A stretch of DNA of 64,000 bases. Origin: Peptococcaceae bacterium (GTDB taxonomy: Bacteria > Bacillota > Peptococcia > DRI-13 > PHAD01). Below are positions 9,901 through 17,551 of the stretch, one piece after another. A program made the position numbers and the translations under genes. The first letter of the stretch is position 1. The number at the start of each line of letters is the position of its first letter. Below the pieces are notes generated by a model. It was not told the origin of the DNA. It saw only the letters and a list, made by a program, of their open reading frames with translations, and made no database searches. The stretch covers positions 8,185 to 72,184 of the forward strand of contig JANLFJ010000008.1 in NCBI GenBank assembly GCA_024655825.1. Direction: 5' to 3'.

Positions 9901-10003
9901 GCTGTTCCTGATCAGCCACGACGATACATTTGACGCGGTCACGGAAAACATAATTTTCCTGGAAAAGGAAGGCGGCGGCGGGACAAAAGTCGTCAGCGGC
10001 TGA
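6965..10003 (+). CDS. sbcC: SbcC/Rad50-family ATPase
   Basis: N-terminal Walker A GINGAGKTT, roughly 800 aa of E/K/L/R-rich coiled coil, and C-terminal signature LSGGEK plus Walker B FFDEPTANLD. Confidence 0.85.
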   Translation: MRLVSLTLENIKSYVNESIAFYDGVNFISGINGAGKTTVIEAIGCALFDSSPLSSQQKFIREGAKSGVITVVFEAADERLYRVVRRLRRPSGGSWSVIDEESGRELPELHGSQDVKAWLAASLGIAGGLEPSLLFEDVVAVSQGSFTAPFLERPERRKKIFNTVLQLESYREAFEKTSGLVTALKDRIFAGEAEIKSLLVRVEDLAACREQLKASREKADLLDKSLQELAENLARLEEETAVQERLRTELEKRESELQAVKIRLDNLCAQKERLESQLAEAARSREKAAAAEPGYREYLRLQEREKDLEEKRKSRESLKNEIQELQKQAAVLKAGIESEKESRRRQVIQGEAELKEIMAEGEKEKTAKQAIETRQSEVAGWHKKFEELKASWQFAGQAAERFEQVKAALPLHRENYEQLKQEKEKLAAALGRMEETERLARSVPGLEEGLAGVRERLNETKARAAALEENRSASSGGLCPFLKKPCLNVEGSLEDYFSREIEKITAEIPGLLQEEAELENRLAAARKAAGDLFVLRHQEERLQELERMEAQNRSSLEKEKETLSAEIGPARSRAFREAVGNAVKILKAAGISTGEEETAGREYLAQLVERYERLFVEFCRGFDPLEGRRFLEPLAQAAAQIKALADKLWERAESGFRETLQETGSVLAACEARLAALRDRFRKVNEGIKRINEDRTVQEKEEELAAKERAGADLQARLQQYDGLDGEWEKNKERKRELEPFFIQYMQNIEGAARLENLKNEKNKLEEETARRQEEEKRLENSIQDLRARYKADLLSSLKLERDRLVTEKAKKVTELEHALLEAEKNERQVREKEGYQQHILELERKMAAERKAQALLNLVRLVLNQSGEKMARVYREHLGREANLIYQQIAGENVHLVWEEDYEVKLKDAPGGKERERVFAQLSGGEKMTAALAVRLALLKQVAGLGVGFFDEPTANLDEKRRNNLARVIPGLAGDFRQLFLISHDDTFDAVTENIIFLEKEGGGGTKVVSG

Positions 10004-10029
10004 CGCCGATATTTGAAGGCCAAAACAAG

Positions 10030-10066
10030 GCGGGCGGGAGGACGGACCAAAGGGCCTCCCGCCCGC
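10030..10066 (+). other. Perfect 12-bp GC-rich hairpin after sbcC
   Basis: GCGGGCGGGAGG / CCTCCCGCCCGC with a 13-nt loop and no T-run. Confidence 0.6.
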
Positions 10067-10115
10067 AGCGGGGAAGACGACGAGCGCTTCAGGCGCACCC
10101 TGGAAAAACTGTTAG

Positions 10116-10161
10116 CTCCCTTTTAGACCGGAAACGGCGGCAAAAGGGAGTTCTTTTTTTT
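10116..10161 (+). terminator. Rho-independent terminator
   Basis: 9-bp stem CTCCCTTTT/AAAAGGGAG followed by TTCTTTTTTTT. Confidence 0.65.
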
Positions 10162-10242
10162 GAGTATTCCGGGTGCCCAGGCACAGGACGGAAAAAGGCC
10201 GCATAGTATTATGAGGAATAATAAAAAGGATGTGAGGCGGGC

Positions 10243-10524
10243 ATGGGCCTGGAGCAGTTTATGAAAGCGCTGTCAATGCTTCCCCAGATCGTGGAATCAA
10301 TAAAGAAAATGGACGAGAAAGAAAAAATGAGCTTCGTGGAAAAACTGGGACTTGACGGCGAGGAAAAGGAAACAGCCTATAATATCCTTACCTGTTTTCA
10401 AGAAGGGAAACCTTTAAGCCCTGACCAGCAGGGCGTAGCCCAGAAACTTTTGGAGAAGGCTATGGAGTTTAACAAGATCGATCTTGCTGCCCTGTTCGGC
10501 AATCTGGGAATGGGGATTAAGTGA
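10243..10524 (+). CDS. Hypothetical small acidic protein (93 aa)
   Basis: ORF with a weak RBS. I recognise no family. Confidence 0.45.
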   Translation: MGLEQFMKALSMLPQIVESIKKMDEKEKMSFVEKLGLDGEEKETAYNILTCFQEGKPLSPDQQGVAQKLLEKAMEFNKIDLAALFGNLGMGIK

Positions 10525-10595
10525 GAACCTGCACTCTTTACGTGTTTTCGTCATATGATAAACAGGTGAGTAGCGGATAGAAAGAGGTGAACGGC

Positions 10596-11228
10596 GTGGC
10601 GAGCTTGCGGTTCAGTTTTGACGGGGAAAGGCGCCAGGTCAGCGGTCATAGTTTTGGGTGGAGGCGGCCTTCGCCGTTTCCTTGCCCGGGAAGCCATAGA
10701 GGGCGCGGCCTGTATCCGGTTATCTACCCCGTTTACGTAAAGCGGGAAGACCGGGTTGAAAGGGAAAACTGCTGCGAAGACACAAAAAAAGGAGCGGCAG
10801 CAAAGCAGGAAGTAAAAGAAGAACTGGATAAGGCGCTTCCTTCACCGGAAGGCGCCGTTTACAGCGAAAACGAAGCAAAAGAGATTAAAGAAGGCGGCCA
10901 GGAGGGAAAAAAAGACAGCGTCGTCAGCGCAAGTGAAAAACTCATTGCCTTCTTAGAAACCGCCGAAACCGGTCTGGTAGGTTTAAAAGCACAGGCCAGT
11001 TTATTCAGACACGCTTTTAATGAGATAATGTTCAAACTGGATAGTTTTGCCCAGCTGCTTGACATCATAAGGAGCAATGAGGAAAGAAAAACCGCTCCCC
11101 CGGAGGCCGCCCTTTCATTAAAAAAAGAGACAAAAGACACATTGGATGAAATACTTGAAATCTTGCAAACTCCCGCTTTTCAAGGCATCATGCGGCAGCT
11201 GGCGTTAAATTTCATCGTGAAAAAATAG
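10596..11228 (+). CDS. Hypothetical protein, paralogous at its C-terminus to the 11840..12196 product
   Basis: The GTG at 10596 lies 6 nt after GAGGTG. C-terminal motif DEILEILQTPAFQGIMRQL matches DSILDMLKSPAFHSLLRQL in the downstream paralog. Confidence 0.5.
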   Translation: MASLRFSFDGERRQVSGHSFGWRRPSPFPCPGSHRGRGLYPVIYPVYVKREDRVERENCCEDTKKGAAAKQEVKEELDKALPSPEGAVYSENEAKEIKEGGQEGKKDSVVSASEKLIAFLETAETGLVGLKAQASLFRHAFNEIMFKLDSFAQLLDIIRSNEERKTAPPEAALSLKKETKDTLDEILEILQTPAFQGIMRQLALNFIVKK

Positions 11229-11286
11229 TGGTTGAGGAACATCTAACGGCCGCAGTTCATAGAATGGTACGGGGGAGGTAAGGAAA

Positions 11287-11538
11287 ATGACAAACCATGC
11301 GACTTACCCGGGATACAGGAGCATCAAGACGGCAAACCTCTTTGGCCCGCCAGCGCGGCTGGTAGTTGTTAAAGAAGGCGGCAAAACCATGGAGGATAAT
11401 AAAGAAAACGTTGGGAAGGACATATTGAAAATATCTTACGGCAGGGCTTTTGGCATAGCCTTTATGATCCTGTTTGCTCTGCTGTTTTTCCCAGGGGTAG
11501 GGGTTTCAAGTTCCGCCGCAAGAAAGCAGCGGGAATAA
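11287..11538 (+). CDS. Hypothetical small protein with a C-terminal TM helix
   Basis: Strong RBS GGGGGAGGT 8 nt before the ATG. TM segment FGIAFMILFALLFFPGVGV. Confidence 0.5.
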   Translation: MTNHATYPGYRSIKTANLFGPPARLVVVKEGGKTMEDNKENVGKDILKISYGRAFGIAFMILFALLFFPGVGVSSSAARKQRE

Positions 11539-11573
11539 TAATAAGATTAAGCATAATAAAAGGAGGTATTCTG

Positions 11574-11720
11574 ATGGTTCAGGAAAATGTTGAGGCTGCT
11601 CAATACGCGTATGGGTACGGGTTTGGTTTCGGAGGAGGGCTTATTTGGCTGATCTTTTTAATCATTATCTTCTGCGTTATTTTCAGCTGTTTCTGCAAGC
11701 CTTTCGGACCGGGCTATTAA
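11574..11720 (+). CDS. Tiny Gly/Tyr-rich single-TM protein (48 aa), YjcZ-like sporulation-type peptide
   Basis: Absent from the ORF track, presumably because it is below the length cut-off. AGGAGG lies 7 nt before the ATG. Sequence MVQENVEAAQYAYGYGFGFGGGLIWLIFLIIIFCVIFSCFCKPFGPGY. Followed by a terminator. Confidence 0.55.
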   Translation: MVQENVEAAQYAYGYGFGFGGGLIWLIFLIIIFCVIFSCFCKPFGPGY

Positions 11721-11736
11721 AACGGGTAAAAAAAAG

Positions 11737-11767
11737 AGCACAGTGTCATGCTGTGCTTTCTTTTTTT
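11737..11767 (+). terminator. Rho-independent terminator
   Basis: Stem AGCACAG/CTGTGCT with a 7-nt loop, followed by TTTCTTTTTTT. Confidence 0.7.
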
Positions 11768-11839
11768 GCCGCGCAGCCCGGTAACATATAGAAGTGCGGC
11801 TACATACAATAAGGTGCAATTATGCGAGGAGGTGGAGGT

Positions 11840-12196
11840 ATGAACAGCGCTACTGGTTCAGAAAAAGGCGGACAAGAGGGCCGCTTGCTGGAGAACATCG
11901 CGGCCATGAGCGATCAGGTGGCCGGGTTGAAAGAAAGATGTTCCACCCTTTGTTCGCTGTTAGACGAAGGGACCCACAAAATAGACGCCGTTTTGAACAT
12001 CATCAACAATCTTAAGGTTAAAGAGCGGGCAATACTGTCAGCCGGCGGGGATCAGGCCGTGGTTCAACAGATGTCGGAAGAGCAGATCGACAGCATTCTG
12101 GACATGTTGAAATCACCGGCCTTTCACAGCTTGCTCAGGCAGCTGCTGGTGAAATGGGCTTCCCCCGGCGGCTCCCCCGCTGCGCAGCAGGAATAG
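11840..12196 (+). CDS. Hypothetical protein, paralog of the C-terminal half of the 10596..11228 product
   Basis: ATG preceded by GGAGGTGGAGGT. Shares the GLK...PAF...RQL architecture with the upstream gene. Confidence 0.55.
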   Translation: MNSATGSEKGGQEGRLLENIAAMSDQVAGLKERCSTLCSLLDEGTHKIDAVLNIINNLKVKERAILSAGGDQAVVQQMSEEQIDSILDMLKSPAFHSLLRQLLVKWASPGGSPAAQQE

Positions 12197-12208
12197 AACT
12201 CCGCAAGA

Positions 12209-12234
12209 ATGAAAGCCCCGCTGGGGGCTTTCAT
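12209..12234. terminator. Bidirectional hairpin terminator between convergent genes
   Basis: 11-bp stem ATGAAAGCCCC/GGGGCTTTCAT with a 4-nt loop. Confidence 0.7.
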
Positions 12235-12248
12235 ATTCGTCTTTGCCG

Positions 12249-12521
12249 CTACTTGAGATTATTTAAGCAGTCACGACAGTAAACAGGTTTTATGCCGCTG
12301 GGCTTGAAAGGCACCTGGGTTTCCACGCCGCAGTTGGAACAGTTTACCGTGTACAGCTGGCGCTCACCGCGGCTATTCATCTGGCTCTTGCGCGCCCTGC
12401 GGCAGGGCAGGCAGCGCGCGGGCTCGTTTTGAAACCCTTTTTCGGCATAAAACTCCTGTTCCTGGACCGTAAAAACAAACTCCTTTCCACAGTCCTTACA
12501 GATAATAACCTTGTCTTCCAT
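12249..12521 (-). CDS. Zinc-ribbon protein (two CxxC...CxxC units, zf-trcl-like)
   Basis: CKDCG...CLPCR and CSNCG...CRDC. Start at MEDKV, preceded by GGAGGA. The track ORF extends further upstream without support. Confidence 0.75.
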   Translation of the reverse strand: MEDKVIICKDCGKEFVFTVQEQEFYAEKGFQNEPARCLPCRRARKSQMNSRGERQLYTVNCSNCGVETQVPFKPSGIKPVYCRDCLNNLK

Positions 12522-12760
12522 GCTTTCTCTTCCTCCTGAGCAGATTTGGATTCCTCTACCTCCTTGATAGACGGCCAAATCTAACCCCGGGAAAAAGAGG
12601 AGTTTGGGATGGTTTGCCTTCATGCAAGAAGCGGGAATCACAATATTTCATTTTCAGTATACATGGAGATAAAATATTTTGCAAATTTTTTATTTCTTCT
12701 TGAGAAAATAAATAAACGTTTGTATTTAATATTTCCCGGGAAAAAAGTTAAACTAAGTGT

Positions 12761-13165
12761 ATGGTGACTCGATTTTTAATTTACGGCATATTGGGCTGGG
12801 CCATGGAGGTCATGTGGACAGGGTTGGGCGCCTTAATGCTGGGAAATCTGCTGCTGCCTGGTTTCACTTATCTCTGGATGTTTCCCATATACGGAGCGGC
12901 CGTGTTTCTAGAGCCGCTGCACGATAGAATAAGGATGTATCCCTGGTACATCAGGGGTATTTTTTGGGCGGGCGTAATCATTTGTTTTGAATACCTGACC
13001 GGCTGGCTGCTTTATTCCCTGCTGGGCAGCTGCCCGTGGGACTACAGCCGCTCGACGCCTTACCACGTCAACGGCTTGATTCGCCTGGACTACCTGCCGG
13101 TCTGGTTCGTTGTCGGCCTGCTGTTTGAAAAAATTCACCTCTTCATTGACCGGATCAATGTGTGA
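12761..13165 (+). CDS. Small integral membrane protein (putative ABC-transporter type IV / DUF1113-like)
   Basis: 134 aa with four hydrophobic helices and the Trp-rich motif GILGWAMEVMWTG. Confidence 0.65.
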   Translation: MVTRFLIYGILGWAMEVMWTGLGALMLGNLLLPGFTYLWMFPIYGAAVFLEPLHDRIRMYPWYIRGIFWAGVIICFEYLTGWLLYSLLGSCPWDYSRSTPYHVNGLIRLDYLPVWFVVGLLFEKIHLFIDRINV

Positions 13166-13239
13166 AACCTTGCGCGCGCTCCGAAAAAAATATACCATGT
13201 GAAATGGAAAACTCCTTTTTCTTTCGAGGTGACAGCAGC

Positions 13240-13884
13240 ATGCGGCTGCGCAGGAAACGAGGGATTGAACAGCAAATTGAAAGAAAACGTCATTTGATCA
13301 TGAGCGGGCTGCATGAATTGAGAGGCACGTGGGCCGAGGTGTTCGGGAATGAGCGCCCCCTGCACGTGGAGCTTGGAACCGGAAAAGGCGCCTTTCTGGC
13401 CGCGCTTGCCCGTGCCTGTCCCGCTATAAACTACGTGGGAGTGGAAAGAGTTCCGGAAATAATTTACCAGGCCGCCGTGAAAATAGAAGCGGGCGGAACC
13501 GGCAACGTGCGCCTGCTGCTGGCCGATGCGGAGAGCCTTCCTTTTTACTTTAACCCCGGCGAAATTGAAAGAATATACCTTAATTTTAGCGATCCCTGGC
13601 CTAAAAAGCGCCATGCCAAGAGGCGACTGACCAGTCCCCGTTTTTTGGATGTTTATATGAAGCTTTTAAAAAAAGGCGGGGAAATACATTTGAAGACCGA
13701 CAACCGGGATTTTTTCGAGTATTCCCTGGAGACCCTGGCGGGTGCCGGCTTTTCGCTGCAAAAAATCACCTTTGACCTTCACGGGTCCCTTGCCGGTGGC
13801 AGTGTAATGACCGAGTACGAGCAAAAGTTTGTTAAACAGGGAAAACCCATCTGCCGATGTGAAGCGATCAGTCCTTTGTTTTGA
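13240..13884 (+). CDS. trmB: tRNA (guanine46-N7)-methyltransferase
   Basis: N-terminus MRLRRKRG, SAM motif VELGTGKG, and FSDPWPKKRHAKRR. Start moved to the internal ATG that matches the TrmB N-terminus. Confidence 0.85.
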   Translation: MRLRRKRGIEQQIERKRHLIMSGLHELRGTWAEVFGNERPLHVELGTGKGAFLAALARACPAINYVGVERVPEIIYQAAVKIEAGGTGNVRLLLADAESLPFYFNPGEIERIYLNFSDPWPKKRHAKRRLTSPRFLDVYMKLLKKGGEIHLKTDNRDFFEYSLETLAGAGFSLQKITFDLHGSLAGGSVMTEYEQKFVKQGKPICRCEAISPLF

Positions 13885-13930
13885 TGGAATGCCCAAAAAT
13901 TCTGCATATGGAGCGAGGTGTATAATAAAA

Positions 13931-15322
13931 GTGAGGCTGCCGGAAGAATTTGCCGCCAGGATGGAAGGCTTTTTAAAAGCCGAGTGGAAAGAACTGCTGG
14001 CTGCCTGGGAAGGTCCTTCCCACCAGGGGCTGCGGGTCAACACGCTCAAGATTGGCGTGAAGGACTTTTTGTCCCGGGCGCCGTTTGCTCTTGAACCCGT
14101 TCCCTGGACCAAAGACGGCTTTTACGTCCTGGACGGCGAAAGGCCCGCCAGGCATCCTTATTACCAGGCCGGGCTCTATTACCTTCAGGAGCCCAGCGCC
14201 ATGGCCCCGGCTGCCTGCCTGGGCGTGAAGCCGGGAGATAAGGTCCTGGACCTCTGCGCGGCTCCGGGCGGAAAGTCAACACAGCTTGTTTCCCTCCTGC
14301 GCGGCGAGGGACTGCTTTTGTCCAACGACAACAACCCGAAAAGGGTTAAGGCCCTCGTCTGGAATCTTGAACACTGGGGTGCTTCCAACACGGCGGTGAC
14401 AAACGAGGAACCGGCGAGGCTGGCCGCTTATTTCCCCGAGTTTTTCGATAAAATCCTGGTTGATGCGCCCTGCTCCGGAGAGGGCATGTTCAGAAAAGAC
14501 GGGCGTGCCGCCGGGAGCTGGTCTTCTTACGGCTTTTGGACCTGTGTTGCGGTCCAGAAGGAACTGCTGGCCGCGGCGGCTTTAATGCTGAAAAAGGGCG
14601 GGCGCATGCTCTATTCCACATGCACGTTTTCGCCTGAGGAAAACGAGGGCGTAGTGGAACATTTTTTACAGGCACACCCGCACTTTTCTTTACTCGACAT
14701 CCACCAGGCGCACGACTGGGATCCGGGAAGACCGGAATGGCTTGCCGACGCCGGTTGGGATTGCCGGGAAGAATTCCGGGAAGAATTAAGAAAGACCAGG
14801 AGGTTGTGGCCGCACCGCGCCAGGGGCGAAGGGCATTTTATGGCCCTGCTGGAGAAAAGAGAAGAAGACTGCGGGCGGCAGATGCCGCCGCGTGCAGGGG
14901 CTGATGGGAGCCGCCCGGTAGAACCTTTTCGCGCTTTTATGGAGAAAAACCTGGTCCGCCCCATTGAGGGCGAATTCATTCAACAAGGGCACTATGTTTA
15001 CCGGCGTCCTCCGGGGCTTATCCTGCCGGAAAGCTTAAAAATTCCTCGCCCGGGCTGGTTTATGGGCATAGTAAAGAACGGGAGGTTTGAGCCCTCCCAG
15101 GCGATGGCCATGGGGCTTCGCCGTGAACATGCGGCCAGAAGCGTTTCCTTCGAAATAAATGACCGCAGCGTTGAGCGCTACCTGAGAAGAGAAACGCTCC
15201 TGACAGGGGGACCAAAGGGCTGGACGCTTGTCTGCCTGGAGGAATTTCCCCTGGGTTGGGCCAAGCAAACCGGCGAACACCTGAAAAATTGCTACCCCCC
15301 AGGTTGGCGGCGGACTTGTTGA
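13931..15322 (+). CDS. RsmB/RsmF-family rRNA cytosine-C5 methyltransferase
   Basis: SAM motif DLCAAPGGKS. Catalytic Cys motifs DAPCSGEG and YSTCT. C-terminal PUA-like extension. GTG start after GAGGTG. Confidence 0.85.
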   Translation: MRLPEEFAARMEGFLKAEWKELLAAWEGPSHQGLRVNTLKIGVKDFLSRAPFALEPVPWTKDGFYVLDGERPARHPYYQAGLYYLQEPSAMAPAACLGVKPGDKVLDLCAAPGGKSTQLVSLLRGEGLLLSNDNNPKRVKALVWNLEHWGASNTAVTNEEPARLAAYFPEFFDKILVDAPCSGEGMFRKDGRAAGSWSSYGFWTCVAVQKELLAAAALMLKKGGRMLYSTCTFSPEENEGVVEHFLQAHPHFSLLDIHQAHDWDPGRPEWLADAGWDCREEFREELRKTRRLWPHRARGEGHFMALLEKREEDCGRQMPPRAGADGSRPVEPFRAFMEKNLVRPIEGEFIQQGHYVYRRPPGLILPESLKIPRPGWFMGIVKNGRFEPSQAMAMGLRREHAARSVSFEINDRSVERYLRRETLLTGGPKGWTLVCLEEFPLGWAKQTGEHLKNCYPPGWRRTC

Positions 15323-15334
15323 GGAGGTGCCTGG

Positions 15335-15664
15335 ATGAAATTGTGTTATAAAATATGGCTTGACCAAAACGGGAAGGCTTTTGGCGCCGGGCCGTATGAA
15401 ATATTTATGAAGATCGACCAGCACGGGTCTTTGCGCAAAGCGGCGGAAGAGCTCCACCTGTCTTACAGCAAGGCCTGGAGAATCGTCAACATGGTTGAGG
15501 AGAGGCTGGGGTTCAGATTTGTCGAGCGCGAGGCGGGCGGCAGCTGCGGGGGAGGGTCCCGGCTGACCGAAGAAGGCAGGAGATTTGTGCAAAGGTACGC
15601 CCTGTTTATGAGCGAGGCTGAAGAGTGCTTGAAGAGAGCATTTGAAAAACACTTTGCAGGTTGA
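15335..15664 (+). CDS. ModE N-terminal-domain-like winged-helix regulator (no Mop domains)
   Basis: GSLRKAAEELHLSYSKAWRIVNMVEERLG and GGSRLTEEG resemble the ModE/LysR-type HTH found in Mo-responsive regulators. Confidence 0.7.
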   Translation: MKLCYKIWLDQNGKAFGAGPYEIFMKIDQHGSLRKAAEELHLSYSKAWRIVNMVEERLGFRFVEREAGGSCGGGSRLTEEGRRFVQRYALFMSEAEECLKRAFEKHFAG

Positions 15665-15731
15665 CAGTCGTTTTCAACTGTTATATTTTTATGCTGAGAG
15701 GTTTGCCCGCGGCAAGATTTTTTGTTTGGCC

Positions 15732-15759
15732 ATCGTTATGTACGCGCGAGAATAACGAC
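15732..15759 (+). promoter_or_regulatory. Mo-box/ModE-box-like palindrome upstream of the DUF364-ABC operon
   Basis: ATCGTTATGTA-CGCGCG-AGAATAACGAC, i.e. CGTTAT...ATAACG arms. Lies 23 nt before the DUF364 start. Confidence 0.45.
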
Positions 15760-15782
15760 TGACAGGAGGAGAAGGGAAAGCG

Positions 15783-16520
15783 ATGGAGAGCACAGGCTTA
15801 TACCAGAGGCTGAAAACTTACCTGCAAGAAATCATATATTCTCACCACCTTGGGGATGAAGAAGTCCTCATCAGGGGAAAAGAGCTTTCAGCCGAGGAGG
15901 CGATTGGCAAACCCGGTCGCCAGGATTATCCCTTGATTAAAGGAAAGGAAAAAATGCTGCAGGCCGAATTCAGGGGAGCAACAGGGCAGGCCTTTACCGA
16001 CAGCCCCGGCCCGTTTGCCGGGGCGCTGCCGGATTTTTTGAACATGCCCCTGGACACAAACTTTCAGCGGGCGGTCTTCACCGCGGCTTTGAATGCGGTG
16101 ATGAGGCACCTGGGGATGATTGAAGGCACCGTGCACTGTAAGGACGAAGAACCGGCCAGGTGCGCCGGGCAACTGGTGGATCTTCTTCGCCGCGAGTACG
16201 GGAACCCGAGGGTTGCCCTGGCCGGCTTTCAGCCGGCTCTCCTGGAACACTGCAGCAAGGCCTTCCCCGTAAGGCTGGTCGACCTGGACAAAGACAACAT
16301 CGGGCAGAAAAAATGCGGGATAATTGTCGAGGATGCCGAACTGAAAACAAAAGAACTGGTTGAGTGGTGCGACCTGCTTCTTGTAACGGGGAGCACAATA
16401 GCCAACGGCACGATAAGCGCCTTTTTACAGGTTGATAAGCCGGTCATCTTCTACGGCACGACTATTGCGGGCGCAGCGAAAATACTTGGCTTGAGGAGGT
16501 TCTGCCCATGCGCAAAATAA
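15783..16520 (+). CDS. DUF4213/DUF364 (putative heavy-metal chelation, Rossmann-like) protein
   Basis: 245 aa. The overall pattern (C-terminal LLVTGSTIANGT...) recalls the DUF364 family. Its stop overlaps the start of the ABC substrate-binding gene. Confidence 0.65.
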   Translation: MESTGLYQRLKTYLQEIIYSHHLGDEEVLIRGKELSAEEAIGKPGRQDYPLIKGKEKMLQAEFRGATGQAFTDSPGPFAGALPDFLNMPLDTNFQRAVFTAALNAVMRHLGMIEGTVHCKDEEPARCAGQLVDLLRREYGNPRVALAGFQPALLEHCSKAFPVRLVDLDKDNIGQKKCGIIVEDAELKTKELVEWCDLLLVTGSTIANGTISAFLQVDKPVIFYGTTIAGAAKILGLRRFCPCAK

Positions 16521-17551
16521 AAGTGGATGCGGGCAAGGCGATAAATAAAAGCCTCCTTGCCGGCCTGCTGGTTATGCTGTCTCTTTTTTTCCTTGTTTCC
16601 GGGTGCGGCAAGGACAAAAAGACGCAGGCGCCAGGGCTGGCGGTGGAGTATAATACCCACGCGGCATGCGCTTTCATTGCCCAGGAAAAAGGCTGGCTTC
16701 CCCGGCCGGAGCGGGGCAGGGGCTTGTTCAGCGTGTATGCCACAGGCGTGGCCCTCTCAGGGGCTTTGGCCCGGGGTGATGTGGATGCCGCCTTCATCTG
16801 CTTGATACCGGCTGTTACCGCTTATACCAACGGCGGCGTGCCGGTTAAAATAGTATGCGGGACCCACCAGTACGGCTACGGCCTGGTCTGCAACGCGTCC
16901 AGGATTAAAGAGGTCAGGGACCTGGAAGAAAGCGGGATAAAAATCGGCTGCGTCAGTGAGGGAGGGACCACCGACATCCTCCTGCACAAAATCATCGAAA
17001 AGCACGCCCTGGTAAAAGAAAAAGTCATGCGCAACGTTTTGCGGATGGACCCGCCCAGGCAGCTGCTGGCCCTGAAAGCGGGGGAAATTGACGCGGCCGT
17101 GGTTCCGGAACACTTCGCGACCCTGGCCGAAGAACTCGGATTCAAAATGCTGCTGAAAAGCCAGGACGTTTGGCCCGAAATGCCAGGCAGCGTCCTGCTG
17201 GCAACGGACAGGCTGGTGACTGAAAACCGGGCCGCGGTAAAGGAACTATACGCGGCCGTAACCCGAGCCACCGCTTACATCAACGAGAACCCCGCCGGTG
17301 CGGCGGAAATTGTGGCCCAAAAGCTCAATGACCTTCAAGGGCCGGCGGGATTGAGTAAAACGGCGGGCGCTGGCGGCGATTTCTATACCACCGCGGAGAC
17401 CATGCGCCGTTCAATGGACCGCCTGACATACACCACCCGGCTGGAAAAAGAAAAAGTACAGGAAGTCATCGATTTCATGCATAAATTAGGATACATAAAA
17501 GAAGCGTTTCCGGCGGAGAAGATCATGCTCGAGGAAGGTTGGGCAGGTTAA
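16508..17551 (+). CDS. ABC transporter substrate-binding lipoprotein, NMT1/SsuA/TauA-like
   Basis: Lipobox LVSGC. Periplasmic-binding fold resembling the nitrate/sulfonate/taurine family. Confidence 0.8.
   Translation: MRKIKVDAGKAINKSLLAGLLVMLSLFFLVSGCGKDKKTQAPGLAVEYNTHAACAFIAQEKGWLPRPERGRGLFSVYATGVALSGALARGDVDAAFICLIPAVTAYTNGGVPVKIVCGTHQYGYGLVCNASRIKEVRDLEESGIKIGCVSEGGTTDILLHKIIEKHALVKEKVMRNVLRMDPPRQLLALKAGEIDAAVVPEHFATLAEELGFKMLLKSQDVWPEMPGSVLLATDRLVTENRAAVKELYAAVTRATAYINENPAGAAEIVAQKLNDLQGPAGLSKTAGAGGDFYTTAETMRRSMDRLTYTTRLEKEKVQEVIDFMHKLGYIKEAFPAEKIMLEEGWAG

Noticed and set aside
5667-10003. The SbcD/SbcC pair as a candidate phage-defence ATPase/nuclease system (Lamassu-, Gabija- or Wadjet-like)
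   Set aside because: Sizes, motif order (Mre11 phosphoesterase motifs; Rad50-type head, coiled coil, head) and tight coupling match housekeeping SbcCD. There are no extra accessory genes typical of defence systems.
15665-15782. Possible Moco riboswitch or long-range pairing (CAGTCGTT ... AACGACTG) upstream of the DUF364 gene
   Set aside because: The region is too short, at about 118 nt, and I could not recognise the conserved Moco-motif blocks. The palindrome in it is better explained as a protein operator (Mo-box-like). An Infernal scan with the Rfam Moco model would settle it.
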